Positions 1 through 12,470 of a DNA stretch of 62,000 nt are shown piece by piece. This DNA comes from Octopus vulgaris. Lineage: Eukaryota. Location: assembly GCA_951406725.2 (NCBI GenBank), contig OX597824.1, positions 32,446,001 through 32,508,000 on the forward strand. The letters are read 5' to 3'. Each line of letters begins with the position of its first letter. Position 1 is the stretch's first letter. The notes beneath the pieces were generated by a model. That model made no database searches. It saw only the letters and a program-made list of their open reading frames with translations, and was not told the DNA's origin. Position numbers and translations under genes: made by a program.

Positions 1-1299
1 TTCATACACACTTACACTGCACATCCAATGGAGCATGCTTGCTTCATTTCTCTTCAGTCTTCTCAAGTCATCTTTATTCATGGCTCCATGCTATGTGTGT
101 GTCTCCTTGACATAACACTATACTTGTAAATAGCACAATACTTGTTATGTCTTCTTGACATAACATAGCACTTGTCATTATCAAACAAGCAATGACATTC
201 GATTTCAATCTTCCATGAAAACATATCTGTCCGTAGGAAAGTTTTATCTTGTATGGAAATAAGTGAGGGTTGATGACAGGATCCAGTTCTAGAAAATCTG
301 CCTCATGAATTCTGTATGACTCATGCAGGCATGGAAATGTGGAGATTAAAACAATGATGATAATGATAGTATCTTATATAGGTGTATTAATATTATATAT
401 ATATCTATATATCTATATCTATCTATATATATGTGTATATGTATATATGTGTGTGTGTACATGTGTGTATATATATATATATATATACATACACACATGT
501 ACACACACACATGAACACACACATACATATACATACATGGATTCATATGCATATATATAAATGTATACCTCATATAAATATATGCTTATATATGCAAGCA
601 TATAATCATAAGCATGTACACAAAAAGAGACACATAGATATAACCTAACACAAACACACAGCTAAAAAAAATAATTATGTAATTATGTAATATTTATTGA
701 TATCAGCAATATAAGTTATTAGATATTTATCTTGTGATTAAAATGCAGTTAAAATATGCATATGATGAAAAATGAGAAACAAATGGAATAAAATGTTTAG
801 AATGAGTGCCATTTGGAATACAGTTGTTGTAGAGTTTTTGCAGAAATATGTTCTAAAGAAACAGTTAAATCAGAACTTACCGATGAGAAAATGAAGAACC
901 ACTCATACCAAGTGAGAAAAGAGCATTTAGAATTCGATAACATGCGAGTTGAACTTCACCAACTGAGGAAGAAAAAAAACGAAGACATGTCATGGAATGA
1001 TTTTTGAATAAGTTTTGGAAATTTTTGGCATGTTTGGTTGTACTAAATTTAGAAATAATCTATTTGAAATTTCCCTCAATAAATTAATGTGTTGGGATTT
1101 TGTAAAATCAGAAGTGCTAGATTTCATGTTTAGATATAGCAATGAGAATGTAGATGAAAAAAGAAAGAGCAAAATTTCAAAGAATGTACACCAAGGCAAA
1201 ACAACACATATTGTTTAGCAAATGATGTGTATGAGACATTTTGGCATGGCTGTTTTGGTTTCCATCTATTTGGCATTGCTAATTTGATGCCAAATAGGT

Positions 1300-1759
1300 A
1301 CTCCATTTCATAGTAATTTATCATAATGTAATACATATTTATTCTCATTGTTTTAAATTAATCATATATTATCTTATAGCTCAAAATTTTGATGGTGCGA
1401 TTGTTTATTTTAGAATGTCATTGTAGGGTGGGTGAGAGAGGTCAGATCTGGTTGCTTTGAGTATATATTTCTTTACTACCCACAAGGGGCTAAACACAGA
1501 GAGGACAAACAAGGACAGACAAACGAATTAAGTCGATTATATCGACCCCAGTACATAACTGGTACTTAATTTATCGACCCCGAAAGGATGAAAAGCAAAG
1601 TCGACCTCGGCGGAATTTGAACTCAGAATGTAACGGCAGATGAAATACGGCTACGCATTTCGCCCGGCTTCCTAATGTTTCTGCCAGCTCACTGCTTTGA
1701 GTATAAAAAAGGAAGAATATTTGGGCTGGTTATGGCCGGTTTAAATGCCAACAGATTAA
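1300..1759 (+). mobile_element. piggyBac-type MITE remnant interrupted by a SINE
   Basis: Body matches the 60529 copy (ttgtagggt...cagatctgg...tatggccggtttaaatgc); SINE A at 1466-1692; left boundary approximate. Confidence 0.7.
1466..1692 (-). mobile_element. tRNA-derived SINE, family A, with 13-bp TSD
   Basis: TSD tgctttgagtata (1453-65, 1693-1705). A-box-like tggcagaaac and B-box-like gagttcaaattcc on the minus strand. Confidence 0.85.
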
Positions 1760-1944
1760 GATGATATTGATTATAAATATGTTTTGTGCAGCTATGTGAA
1801 AAATTAAGTGAGGTTTACTCTGGTACTAGCTTTAGTTTATTCAGCAAAATGCTAAAAACTCTATATGAGAGTTGAAACATGTAGGCTTTTTCTCCAGTAG
1901 AGAATGAAATAAAATAAATGAAAAGATTTCAGTAAAGTACGCAC

Positions 1945-2183
1945 CTAATATATCAGCTCCATAACTATTGTGGCCGAGATGTTCAAATAAGGATGAAAGA
2001 ACAGGAAGAAGGACCATATGGACATAGTTAAGGCTTGTGGCACCTCTAGTGATAGTTCCTTTGACATGGCTAAATCGACCTTTATGAAGATTGTCCATTA
2101 AATTTGCCAAGTCAGCAGCAGCATTGTTAAAAAATGGCATAAAGTGAGCCCTGATTATTTCTGGTGAATTTTTCACTACGGAC
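1945..2183 (-). CDS. RyR: RyR window-exon 33/33: SVVKNSPEIIRAHFMPFFNNAAADL...LPVLSSLFEHLGHNSYGADIL
   Basis: tttcag acceptor, gtgcgt donor; 239 nt, phase 2 to 1; I found no further exon in 1-1944. Confidence 0.95.
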
Positions 2184-2734
2184 CTGAAATGGAAACAGTT
2201 ATAATTATTACATATGTCTTAGGTAAGAAAATGTCAAAGACAAATAATGTACTAGGGATGCACAATAACTCAGACCAGACCCAGTGCCTAAAATCTGATG
2301 TTAAGTGAAGGGATATAAGATTCCCAAAAATAAGTGTTGACTATAGGTGATGTATGGGTAAAGCTAATGTGGGTATAATACAATAAAATATGATTTGTGC
2401 TTGCCTATACTGAATCACTATGAAATTTCAACCTCTGGATTCTCTTAGTTTTCCATTAAATTTGTATATCTTTGTAGAATTTTCTTTATAATTATGTTAT
2501 AAATGATTTGAAGCCTTATGACTGCATTCATATTTTATTTTATTATGTTATCATACATACATACTTTTTCAGTTATTTCTTGTAGGTTGAGTGACCATGT
2601 ATAAACTTCTTCATTAGCTCAATCAAAAGTTAAAAAATTATTCATTGATAAAGCTGTATAAGCAATAAACTTTCTTGTAAAAAGAGACTGAAATGACAAA
2701 ATGCAAATATTACTTAAAAATTGTGTTTACATAC

Positions 2735-2845
2735 CTTGCATCAACAGCCTGGACAAGCACTTGTAAGCACCTGACAGATATGTTGACATCATGACCAAAG
2801 GCATTAATTTTGCTTCTTAATGCTTGGGCTAATTTACAAAAGAGA
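2735..2845 (-). CDS. RyR: RyR window-exon 32/33: [36 protein letters not shown]
   Basis: Not in ORF track; cggcag acceptor, gtatgt donor; 111 nt, phase 2 to 2. Confidence 0.95.
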
Positions 2846-3876
2846 CTGCCGAACAGAAAAAATGACAAAAAAAAATTTAATCAATATAAATAATCAATTT
2901 CATGTAATTAAAAATCCAATCAATATTTTTTAAATAGTTGGCAGAGGAAGAGATGTGTCTCTGGTCTTTGCAGACCATCTTACATTGATGAGATGAATGT
3001 GGTCGATGTTCAGTTTCAACCTCTACAGATCTCATTGAACACTTATAAATTTAGAAATTAGTAATATTGGTTTCAAATTTTAGCATAAGGCTAGCAATTT
3101 TAGGGGACGGGGTTAAGTCAACTACATTGACTCCATTACTCAATTGGTAATTATTTTATCGACCTCAGAAGCACGAAAGGCAAAGCTACCTTGGTTAGCA
3201 TTTGAACTCAGAATGTAAAGATGGAATGAAATGTTACTAAGCAGTTTGTTCAGTGTGCTTACAATTCTGCCTGCCCACCACCTCAGAAATTATTAAGTTT
3301 GAGTTCTCTACTGAAATAAAGGAAGAGTCCAGTGTCCATTCTATGTACCTTTCAGAGAAGAGACTTGAATATCCTAATGAAGCTAACAGTCTATTTTTTA
3401 ATCTTTTACATGTTTCAGTCACTGGACTGCAGCCATGCTGGGTTACTGCTTTGAGGGATTTCATCGAAAAAATTGACCCCTGTACTTATTTCTAAGACTG
3501 GTACTTATTCTATCAGTCTCTTTTGCTGCATCACTAAGTTATGGGAATTAAACCAATAACTGTTGTTAAGAGGTGTTGGGAAACAGAAATACACACACAC
3601 ACATACATGTATGGCAGGCTTCCACACAGTTAGTTTCCATTTATCAAATTTACTTATAAGGCATTGATTGGCTTCGACTATAGCAGAAGATACTTGCCCA
3701 AGGTGTCATAGAATAGGACTGAATCCAAAACCACGTGGCTACAAGGTGGGAAATAATTTTAAAGATATGACACAATAATATAAGGGTTCTTTTTTCTTTC
3801 TGTTGTAGTTTCAGCTCGGAGCTGTGACCATGCTGGAGCACTGCCGTTCTTCATAATAAACAAAGATTATACTTAC

Positions 3877-3995
3877 GTGGCAGTCATTTCTTTTTCTTTT
3901 GACGATGCCATCCCTGATGAACTTGGAGAAGTTGGTGATGCAATAAAATACAAACGGTGAGCATGGAAATACCTCTCCACAAATGGTAAAACAAC
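3877..3995 (-). CDS. RyR: RyR window-exon 31/33: VVLPFVERYFHAHRLYFIASPTSPSSSGMASSKEKEMTA
   Basis: Different frame from the ORF track; tggcag acceptor, gtaagt donor; 119 nt, phase 0 to 2. Confidence 0.95.
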
Positions 3996-4189
3996 CTGCC
4001 ATTAAAGGAAATGTATTAAGAAATGATTCTTAATAAAGTTGAGAAGTAATGTTCTTAAAAACACAGCCATGCCTATACCTATAAAACTTCTTTAATAATT
4101 CTAAATTAATAATCACATTTTAGTTAATTATAACATTATATTTTAATGCTTTATATGACATATTGAAGCAAAAATAATGGAAAACTGAC

Positions 4190-4421
4190 CTTCCCAAAGA
4201 ATTTTACATCTTCTGTTGCTGTTGTATAACTTTCTCGTCGACTGAATCGACTACTAGGCTTGGTTTGTTTCATGTTAATTGAGGCTTTGTCCAGATATTC
4301 TAAAAGCTTCTGTAACAAACTGTAGGCAAAGCGTTTCTCTGTGGCTGATACAGATGCACCGCCATCATTATCTTTGCCATGTCGAGATGAAGATTCATGT
4401 GCATGTTGAGACATACTGCCA
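4190..4421 (-). CDS. RyR: RyR window-exon 30/33: GSMSQHAH...TEKRFAYSLLQKLLEYLDKA...SRRESYTTATEDVKFFGK
   Basis: ttctag acceptor, gtcagt donor; 232 nt, phase 2 to 0. Confidence 0.94.
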
Positions 4422-5044
4422 CTAGAAAGGAATAAATATTATAACAGCCATGTTTATTTACTCATTTCACCTTGAGGTAATGTAGCTAAAATATACCTAA
4501 TAATTATCAGTTTTTAAAAATACATATATTTTAATAACAAATAGATGTAACCTTAGACCTTAATAATGCAACCTACTCTCCATTTCATAAATCGAATGAA
4601 TATCTTAAATACATAAATATTAATTCAAATCATCATAGATCATTACTTAAAAGTATTATAAATAGTATATCTACTAGAATATCCAACCTATCTTATAACG
4701 AAGAAATTTTTAATAATCATAATATATTATTAAAAAATATATGTATATTTTAATAACAATATACTAAAACTAGATGTGAAAAATAATCCTATATTCTCTA
4801 TGTTTAACAACCTGTGGAATAAAGAGTAAATTCTTAAAACATTACAGATGAAAGATGAAACTTAGTTCTCAGCATATGGAACTGGAACAAATATAGAAAT
4901 AAAAAAAAAGGTATTTTTTGATAAAATATTTTTCAAGTCTGTAGTAGACAAGTAGTCGTTTATTTAAGTTATCTAAATTATTTTCTTTTTAATTTACTTA
5001 TTTAAAAAATTTATTTAATATTTACATATTTGTCTGCTACTTAC

Positions 5045-5168
5045 CAACTGATTCTAAAACCTAAAAATTGCAAAAATTTGAGGAGTTCTTGTGCTTGTTC
5101 CTTATCTCTTTTCTTCTCGTGATCTGTCAGACTATCATATGGTACCAACAGTGGATGAATTCCTCCAC
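5045..5168 (-). CDS. RyR: RyR window-exon 29/33 (Repeat 4): [40 protein letters not shown]
   Basis: Not in ORF track; ttttag acceptor, gtaagt donor; 124 nt, phase 1 to 2. Confidence 0.96.
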
Positions 5169-6690
5169 CTAAAATAGAAGTCAAAGACTTGACATTATTA
5201 ACAAAAAATATCGAAGTATTACTGGTTAAAATATCAGTTACTGTCCCACTTGTCTACCTTGAGCTCATGTGTGTAAGAGAGAGAGAAGGTTGTAGTTAGA
5301 TTGCATTGATAATGGGCTGAACTACTGGAGAAGCTAGTTTATATGTAATCTCTGGTGCTGTGAAATGACAGGGTAAAATGCTTAACTTGCAATGATCCAT
5401 GCAAAACGACACTGTATAAAAGCATATAAACAAAGGTACACATCAAAAATAAAATTTTCTCTGCAAAATATTGTGGAACTTCACGTTATAAACCTAATAT
5501 ATTTCCTATATTAGTACACAAACTACACACCTTCAATTCCTGGGTTTACTACATTAAGTATGCTAGCACCCACTTTAATATATATTACAGCATTGTATCA
5601 TAACTTAGAAGATCTATCTTACTTTCAGAAAACATAATTCAGTATCACTGTGGTCCAGTCTTAACTGCAATGGTCACACTCTCAATAAATATGCTTTCTA
5701 CAAGATGACAGACACCATATTATTTAATGTATATCGTTCATATTAGATGGGCTGGTGTCCACATGCCGATTATTTTTTTCACTATGTTTTGGCTGTTGTA
5801 CACTCTAAGAAGGCTGCAGCATACAACTGAAACTTAGTGAAAGTGACAGTCAAAAATGAGGATGCAGTCCAACTAATATAAACAGTATATCATCATCATC
5901 ATCATCATCATTTAACGTCCGTTTTCTATGCTGGCATGGGCTGGACGGTTTTACAGGGGCTGGTTAGACAGAAGACTGCACCAGGCTTCACTGTCAGTTT
6001 TGGCAGGGTTTTTACTGCTGGATGCCCTTTCTAACAACAACCACATTACAGAGCGGACATAATATAAATAATAGTAATATACATAATATAAATTCCCCAT
6101 CTGAGAAATATAGAACTGTATTAATCATATTATTTATATTATTAAAGATACATGAGACTGCAAACTAGCAAAATTATTACATTAGACAAAATGTTTAACA
6201 GGATTTCTTCTGACTCTTTATGAGCTGTGTTCAAATTCTGTTAAAGTCCACTTTGCCTGTCATCCTTTCTGGGTTGATAATTTAAGTACAAGTCAAGTGC
6301 TAGGGTTGATGTAATCAACATACCCCAGCCCCTAAAATTACAGGCCTTGTGATGAAATTTGAAACTGTTATACTATGTACACCATCTCAAATGATTTCTT
6401 TATATCTGATATAGATCAACCAGGGCTGGTCAGGATTAAACATTAATATTGATTTCAAATTTTGGCCCAAGGCCAGCAATTTCATGGGAGGGAGTAGGTT
6501 GATTACATTGACTCCAATACTCAACTGATTCTTACTTAATTGACCCTGAAAGGATAAAAGACAAAGTTGATGATGGCATTTGAACTCAGAACATAAAGAT
6601 AGATGGAAAGCTACAGAGCATTTTGCCTGATGTTCTAATGATTCTTCCAACTCACTGCTTTAAACAATAATATTAAAACTGGCAACTTAC

Positions 6691-6766
6691 CAATTGATTC
6701 TAAGTCTAATTTCTTTTGTTTAAACCAAACTTCATGCATATTTTCTGCCAGCCTTTCTGCCAAATT
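6691..6766 (-). CDS. RyR: RyR window-exon 28/33 (Repeat 4): NLAERLAENMHEVWFKQKKLDLESI
   Basis: Not in ORF track; ttgcag acceptor, gtaagt donor; 76 nt, phase 0 to 1. Confidence 0.95.
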
Positions 6767-7222
6767 CTGCAAATCAAGTAAAAATATATTTTAGAAATCT
6801 GGCTAAAATATGCCAAAATAACACAAAGACCGAAGACATTCAAAGAGCAGAAATTTAGAGATAGCATTTCAGGAATATTTTTTTTATATCAAAAGAACTC
6901 ATTAAACATATTAGGTTATAATGAGATGTGTAAAGGTTTTTTTTGAAGAAATTTTCTAATAGATTCTTAGAAGTTGAAATCAAAGAATATATGAAAAAAT
7001 TATTTTTAATTAAAAATTAATGTTATATTGAAAAACTGATTCCATGAATATTTTCATGCAAAGGAATGGTTTCCATTTGTTTGCATGGACCAGCTTGTTA
7101 TCTCTTCTTTTTTTTTTTAAGAAAGGAACAATCTATTTTAAAATTGTTGTCTAAATTATGCAAAAATGAAAATAACACTGATATCTCATTTTAACAGATA
7201 TATATATATATATATATATATA

Positions 7223-8431
7223 CCAAAATTGCATAAAAATATCTTGAAATGCTAACGAGTAAATTTATTCAATAAAATTGCCATTGGCTTCAACCATGGA
7301 CCATGGTCTCCAGATGACTTCGGAATCTCCTGCAACTCTTCTGGACAGTCACTTTGTTTAAGTTGGTGAATGCTTCAATCCTTGCCTTCAGTTCATCTTT
7401 AGTGTTACAAGGAATTTTGTTGTCCCCTCGCCTAGCTGAACCCCACACATAATAATCAAGGGAGTTGCAGTTTGGGGAGTTAGGTGGCCAGATGTTAGGG
7501 GTGATGTAGTCGCAGAATTTGTCTGACAGCCATGACTGAGTTCTCCTGCTTCTTTGGAATGGTGCAGAGTCCTGCTGCTAAACAGAATCTCCTAGCAGTC
7601 ACCCTCTTGACCCAGGGCAGCACTACCTCCTCCAGGCACTTGATGTAGGCCTCCGTGTTGAGTGTGAAGCCTTGTTGGAAGATGAATGGAGACATAACAT
7701 CACCATCACAAGTGATCAATCCAAACACCATGATGTTGACTGGTTGTTTGATTTTTATCACTCTTGGTACATGTTTTGGGGACAAGGCAAGCCAACAGTT
7801 GCTCTGTGTCTTCACCATCTGAACCTGGCAGAAATTTTTCTTATCTAAGAAAATCCAAAGCATGTTTGGTTGGAGGGGATGCTTGAGTTTGTTCAAAAGT
7901 TTTGTAGCACGGTCTTTCCTCTTGTCCTTGATGGCTTGGGATAAAAATTGACCCTTTCTCATTTTGAATACCAAGTGTCTTCATGTACTACCTGCCTGAT
8001 AAGAAACTCAGATACTCCCGTATCCCTGGTGATAGATCTGATTGACTTAGAGGGATCGTTGTCAATCATAGATTGGATCTCACCAACAAATTCAGGATTT
8101 CTTTTCTTATCAGAACGATCAGATTGAGTTTTCCAAGCTGCTGTACCTTTGTAATCACCATTAGACTCATCCAACTCTTTCTGAATCCTCTGTAGATTGA
8201 CACCCAAACACTCTGAAATGTTCATATTGGAGCTTCCGATGCAAATGCCAAGCAGTACAGCATGTTGTTTCCAAATTTCTGGCATAGTGAATTGCATCAT
8301 AGTGCTGTTTTTCTCACAGATGGTGCCCAAGTGACCCTACTATACTGTATAGTCAACGAAATCAAAAACAAACAATGCTCATGCCCGAAATTAAAAATAT
8401 AAAATGGCGACAATTTACCCATTGCACCCTG
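7223..8431 (-). mobile_element. Tc1/mariner DD37D (maT/Bmmar1-type) element, decayed, 3' TIR missing
   Basis: 5' end TA-CAGGGTGCAATGGGTAAATTGTCGCCATTTT at 8431. Frameshifted transposase (ORFs 7959-8330, 7495-7974) continues as QQDSAPF...WPPNSPNCNSLDYYVW, 37 residues between the last two D. Other end replaced by (TA)n. Confidence 0.9.
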
Positions 8432-8547
8432 TATAATTGAATGTCTTTGTGGCAAATTATGCTGGCATATGATAAAATTGGATCAGAACAATTATGTTTT
8501 ACTTCTTTATATCAGATACTGTGATGCAAAATATAAGTAACTCTTAC

Positions 8548-8613
8548 CTGCATTTCTCGTGTTACAGTCATATTACGGAGATCATAAGGTCGAGGGCTGT
8601 AGCCTTGATCATG
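8548..8613 (-). CDS. RyR: RyR window-exon 27/33 (Repeat 4): HDQGYSPRPYDLRNMTVTREMQ
   Basis: Not in ORF track; ttctag acceptor, gtaaga donor; 66 nt; GYxPxPxDL motif. Confidence 0.94.
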
Positions 8614-9534
8614 CTAGAAAAATATGACAAAAACAAAAAAATTCACGAAAAGCTATACAAACATTCATACAAGCAATATATATGTTATACTCTGACTTAT
8701 CCATAATTATTTGTCTAATTTCAGTAATTTTAATTGTTTTAACATTAAGGTTACTCTGTCAAATATAATTCCTAGTTTTTCAAATTGCTTTTTTTTCTAT
8801 TAATTATGCATTATTTCTTAGCTTCAGGATTTTGATGATGAGTTTATTTATTTTTACAATGATATTGTAGGGTAGGCTTTGATTACAGGAAATACTAAAT
8901 GTATGATAACTAATTAAGATTATTAATTTAGATATTTACAAGTTATTATTTATAGCTTTGTTTACTTTGAGTTTAACTGTTAAGAACGAATTATTTCACA
9001 GTCTCTTGAAGTTTCTAAATTGTTACAATGTAAATAAGATATTAGTGATTAATAGATTAAGTAATTGGATATTAGAAATTTGTTTGCTCATTTTTACGTC
9101 TGTTTTTTCTATGCTGGATTAAGTTAGATGGTTACTTAGGTTAGATGGATATTTAGGTTAGATGGGTATTATGTGAAGCAGAATTTTTACACCCTTACCT
9201 AATTTAAGATAATTCAAATATATTCTGACAAAAGATTTTAAATTTTATTTTAGAGCTTTACAAATTTAGATCTAAAATTTATCATTTCTGTGTAGTGTTA
9301 TTGAAATTTAATAAATTTTGCTAAATATATTGAATAATTTATATATTCTTTGAAAATTATTTGATTTATATAAAAGAGTAAAGAATTTGTACATTTTGAA
9401 AAATCAAAAGTTTTGAAAAAAAAAAAATGGAAATTTCCTGAGCAAACTGGCATTGTTAATTTCTTATAACCACCAAGCCTATCCCTCCCCACAGGCATGT
9501 TAGGAAAACTCTTGTAAAACTGATGTAATCTTAC

Positions 9535-9672
9535 TACATTTGATTTTGAAGCTCGTCTTTTGATGCCCTCATTTGACTGTAAAACTCTGCTGTCTTCACA
9601 ATCCAAAGACCATCCAAGTGCTATAGTGCACTTCAAGGAATTCCTTACTGGTTCTGTGTATTTGAATTTTTC
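9535..9672 (-). CDS. RyR: RyR window-exon 26/33 (Repeat 3 end and phospho-linker): EKFKYTEPVRNSLKCTIALGWSL...IKRRASKSNV
   Basis: ttacag acceptor, gtaaga donor; 138 nt, phase 0 to 0. Confidence 0.94.
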
Positions 9673-10038
9673 CTGTAAATAACAACAAAATAATGATTAT
9701 GAAATTTTCAAAAATGCTTCAAAAATTTAGCATTTAAAAAAAGTAAGGAAATACAATTGAGCAGATCTTTTGATATTACTTTTGAATGTATATTTATATA
9801 TTTACACACATACACTCATACACACATGCACACACACACATGCATGTGCAAACACACATATGCATCTATAAGCACAACTATGTGCATATGTGATGTATGT
9901 GTGCATGTATTTGTGTGCATTACTTTGATATAGTGTCTAATTGTGTTCCTTTATAAAGGATCAAACATTCTTGAAATTTTCTGCTACAAAATGGGTAGAA
10001 GTGTAAAAGAACATCTTAAATAAGTAGTTCACAAACCA

Positions 10039-10084
<46 letters not shown>

Positions 10085-10097
10085 GTAATCAACATAC

Positions 10098-10187
10098 TGC
10101 TTCTGTAAGAAGATGATATGGTTTCAGTGATGGATGGGTTTTCTTGTCTTCATTATATTCGGTTCCATAGACCCAGGCCTGGTCAAC
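10098..10187 (-). CDS. RyR: RyR window-exon 25/33 (Repeat 3): VDQAWVYGTEYNEDKKTHPSLKPYHLLTEA
   Basis: Not in ORF track; ctctag acceptor, gtatgt donor; 90 nt; WxYG...THPxLKPY motif. Confidence 0.95.
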
Positions 10188-11562
10188 CTAGAGGAGACAC
10201 AAATAGACACAAATAATAAATTGCAAAGGATTTATAAATGGATCAAAACATTTCTTTATATATATATATATATGTATACACACACACATATATATAAATA
10301 TATATATATATATACACACACACATTAGAAAGACAAGCTTTACATTAAGACATTAAAGTTATCTGATCAATTTCTCCAATTAGGGATGTGTTAAAGGCGA
10401 CTATTATTGGCATTAATGTTTTTTTAATCCTGACCAGCCCTAATCAGCCTGACCTATGAAAAACACTTCTCACTCATTATCAGCCCATGTTTTCTTTTAT
10501 GCACTACATTGGCCAATGTGCCTCTACTTCTTAGAGACAGTAGGATGAGATTTGAGGGATAGCTGGCTGCTATGTCTAAGAGGTTAGTGACAGTATATGG
10601 AGAGCCTTTTATGATAAACATAAGGTATGATGCCATCAGTTTCATAACTGAGCATCAGGAACTTAGTTGTTGTTCAGTCCAAGAGTAACCTTGATGGAGC
10701 AGACTTATGCTCAAAGGCATTACATCTGTGACTATCCCATCTGTCTAGAGATCTCTGGGACTGCGTTATCAAATATTTCCTATTCTGATTATACTGGGTT
10801 ACTATTCATTAGGTAAGCCATACAGTCTTTGGTTCGATAGAAGTTGAGTTCTAAAATGTAGTCAACCTAGTTCTTAACTTTTTGGTTTATTAAAACTCTC
10901 ATTTGGTAAAATGTTTAATTAATAATTCACAGGTTTTATAATGCTGATAATTTTTAGTAAGAACAAAATAGCGCTATATCTAATTATCATCAACAAGAAA
11001 TTGTAAGAACTTTGTAATAAGTAAACACAAAAAACAAATAAATATGTGAATTTGATGCAGCTTTTTCTTTGATATTCCTTAATTTAGAATCTAAATTTCA
11101 AATTCTGCCTCATATGAAAAAATAATTATATTCATTGCATTGATGGTTATCAATTGAGAACAAAATGTATTTGAAAACTTTGAAATAGTTATTTGATAAT
11201 ACAGTTAGAAATTAAATGAATAAACACTCATTTGATACTACTGTTAGCAATAAACATTAATTTGGGAATACACTAAGGAGTTATATGAATAAAAGAAATT
11301 TTGATAATTCTGCAAGGAATTATAAGGATATATAATTTACAAATCATTTATTATGTTCTTGAGAATTTACCATTTTTGCTTTTCAGTTGAGTACACATTT
11401 ATTGGATTGACAGATAAATTTGTTCATTTTTTCTTCCTTTTTATTTAATTTTTTCCAATGTTATTTGAGTCAACATGAAAATATTTTCATTATAGTGTTT
11501 TATGGATTTTCGTGGATCTTTGAAATTTGAATAAATTTTACCTCGTTTCAGACAGGAAAATA

Positions 11563-12135
11563 TTGGGTTGTCCGGAAAGTTTCTTGCCGATTTATAGTAG
11601 CTTATCTTTCGACTTATTTTAGAACATGGTTGAGTCCATAAAATAGGATCTGACTATACCTCCATTTAGAGCACAGTTTAAGCTATCTTTTTGGGGAAGA
11701 ATGTTTATGTTTATGTTCCTATAAGCTGTGTTAATTCTGTAACCCTTTAAAGTGGAAGATAAGAAAGTTCATTTTTGGCACTTGATGCTTTGGGAACCAG
11801 ACAAAAATTAGTGCAGCTCAGTTGGGATGTGTTACCCCACCCTCCATATTCAACAGATATTGTTCCTTTGGATTTCCACTTATTCAGGTCTCTGCAGAAT
11901 GGTCTGAAAGGTAAAAATTTCAATTCCTTGGATGATATAAAAAGATACCTTGATGAATTCTTTGCCATGAAACCACCTCAATTCTGAGAAGAGGGTATTT
12001 TCAAGTTAAAGGAAATATGGAGACGCTTTGTGCAACAAAATGGTTCATATTTGGCTGATTAAAAATGTAATAGCAAGTATTTATTGACCTTTTTCTTTCC
12101 TTTAAAAATCGGCACAAACTTTCCAGACAACCCAA
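11563..12135 (+). mobile_element. Internally deleted mariner (573 bp) with both TIRs
   Basis: TA-ttgggttgtccggaaagtt...aactttccagacaacccaa-TA. Retains the transposase C-terminus LPHPPYSTDIVPLDFHLFRSLQN... Confidence 0.92.
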
Positions 12136-12242
12136 TAGAATACCAAGTAGAAAAGGAAGAACGAATTTATTTGATTACCCAATATATATTATCACCTCAG
12201 AATTTACTTAATCAAGGAAATTATCTAAGAATTGATTTACAA

Positions 12243-12470
12243 CGGTGGTTTCAAACCATATTTTGTCTATGGACCCCTTTGATTCCTTTTTTACTTAGGT
12301 GGACACCCCCTAGCTATTCAATCTTTAAAAAATATTTTTATGATTAAATATTATCAGGAATTGTATAAAAATTGTTAAAGATATTTTGTATATAGTAGAA
12401 ATGTAACCAATTTATTGCACATAATTTTTTTACCCCCAAGAATCATATGGACCCTGGTCTTGAACCACTG
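12243..12470. mobile_element. hAT (Charlie-like) MITE
   Basis: Termini cggtggtttcaaacc...ggtcttgaaccactg. 8-bp flanks atttacaa / atttagaa (7/8 identical). Confidence 0.7.

Noticed and set aside
813-1348. Short ORFs as the next RyR exon
   Set aside because: None resembles the expected RyR continuation (xVQVSCYRIL-like) in phase 1; the next exon is probably outside the window
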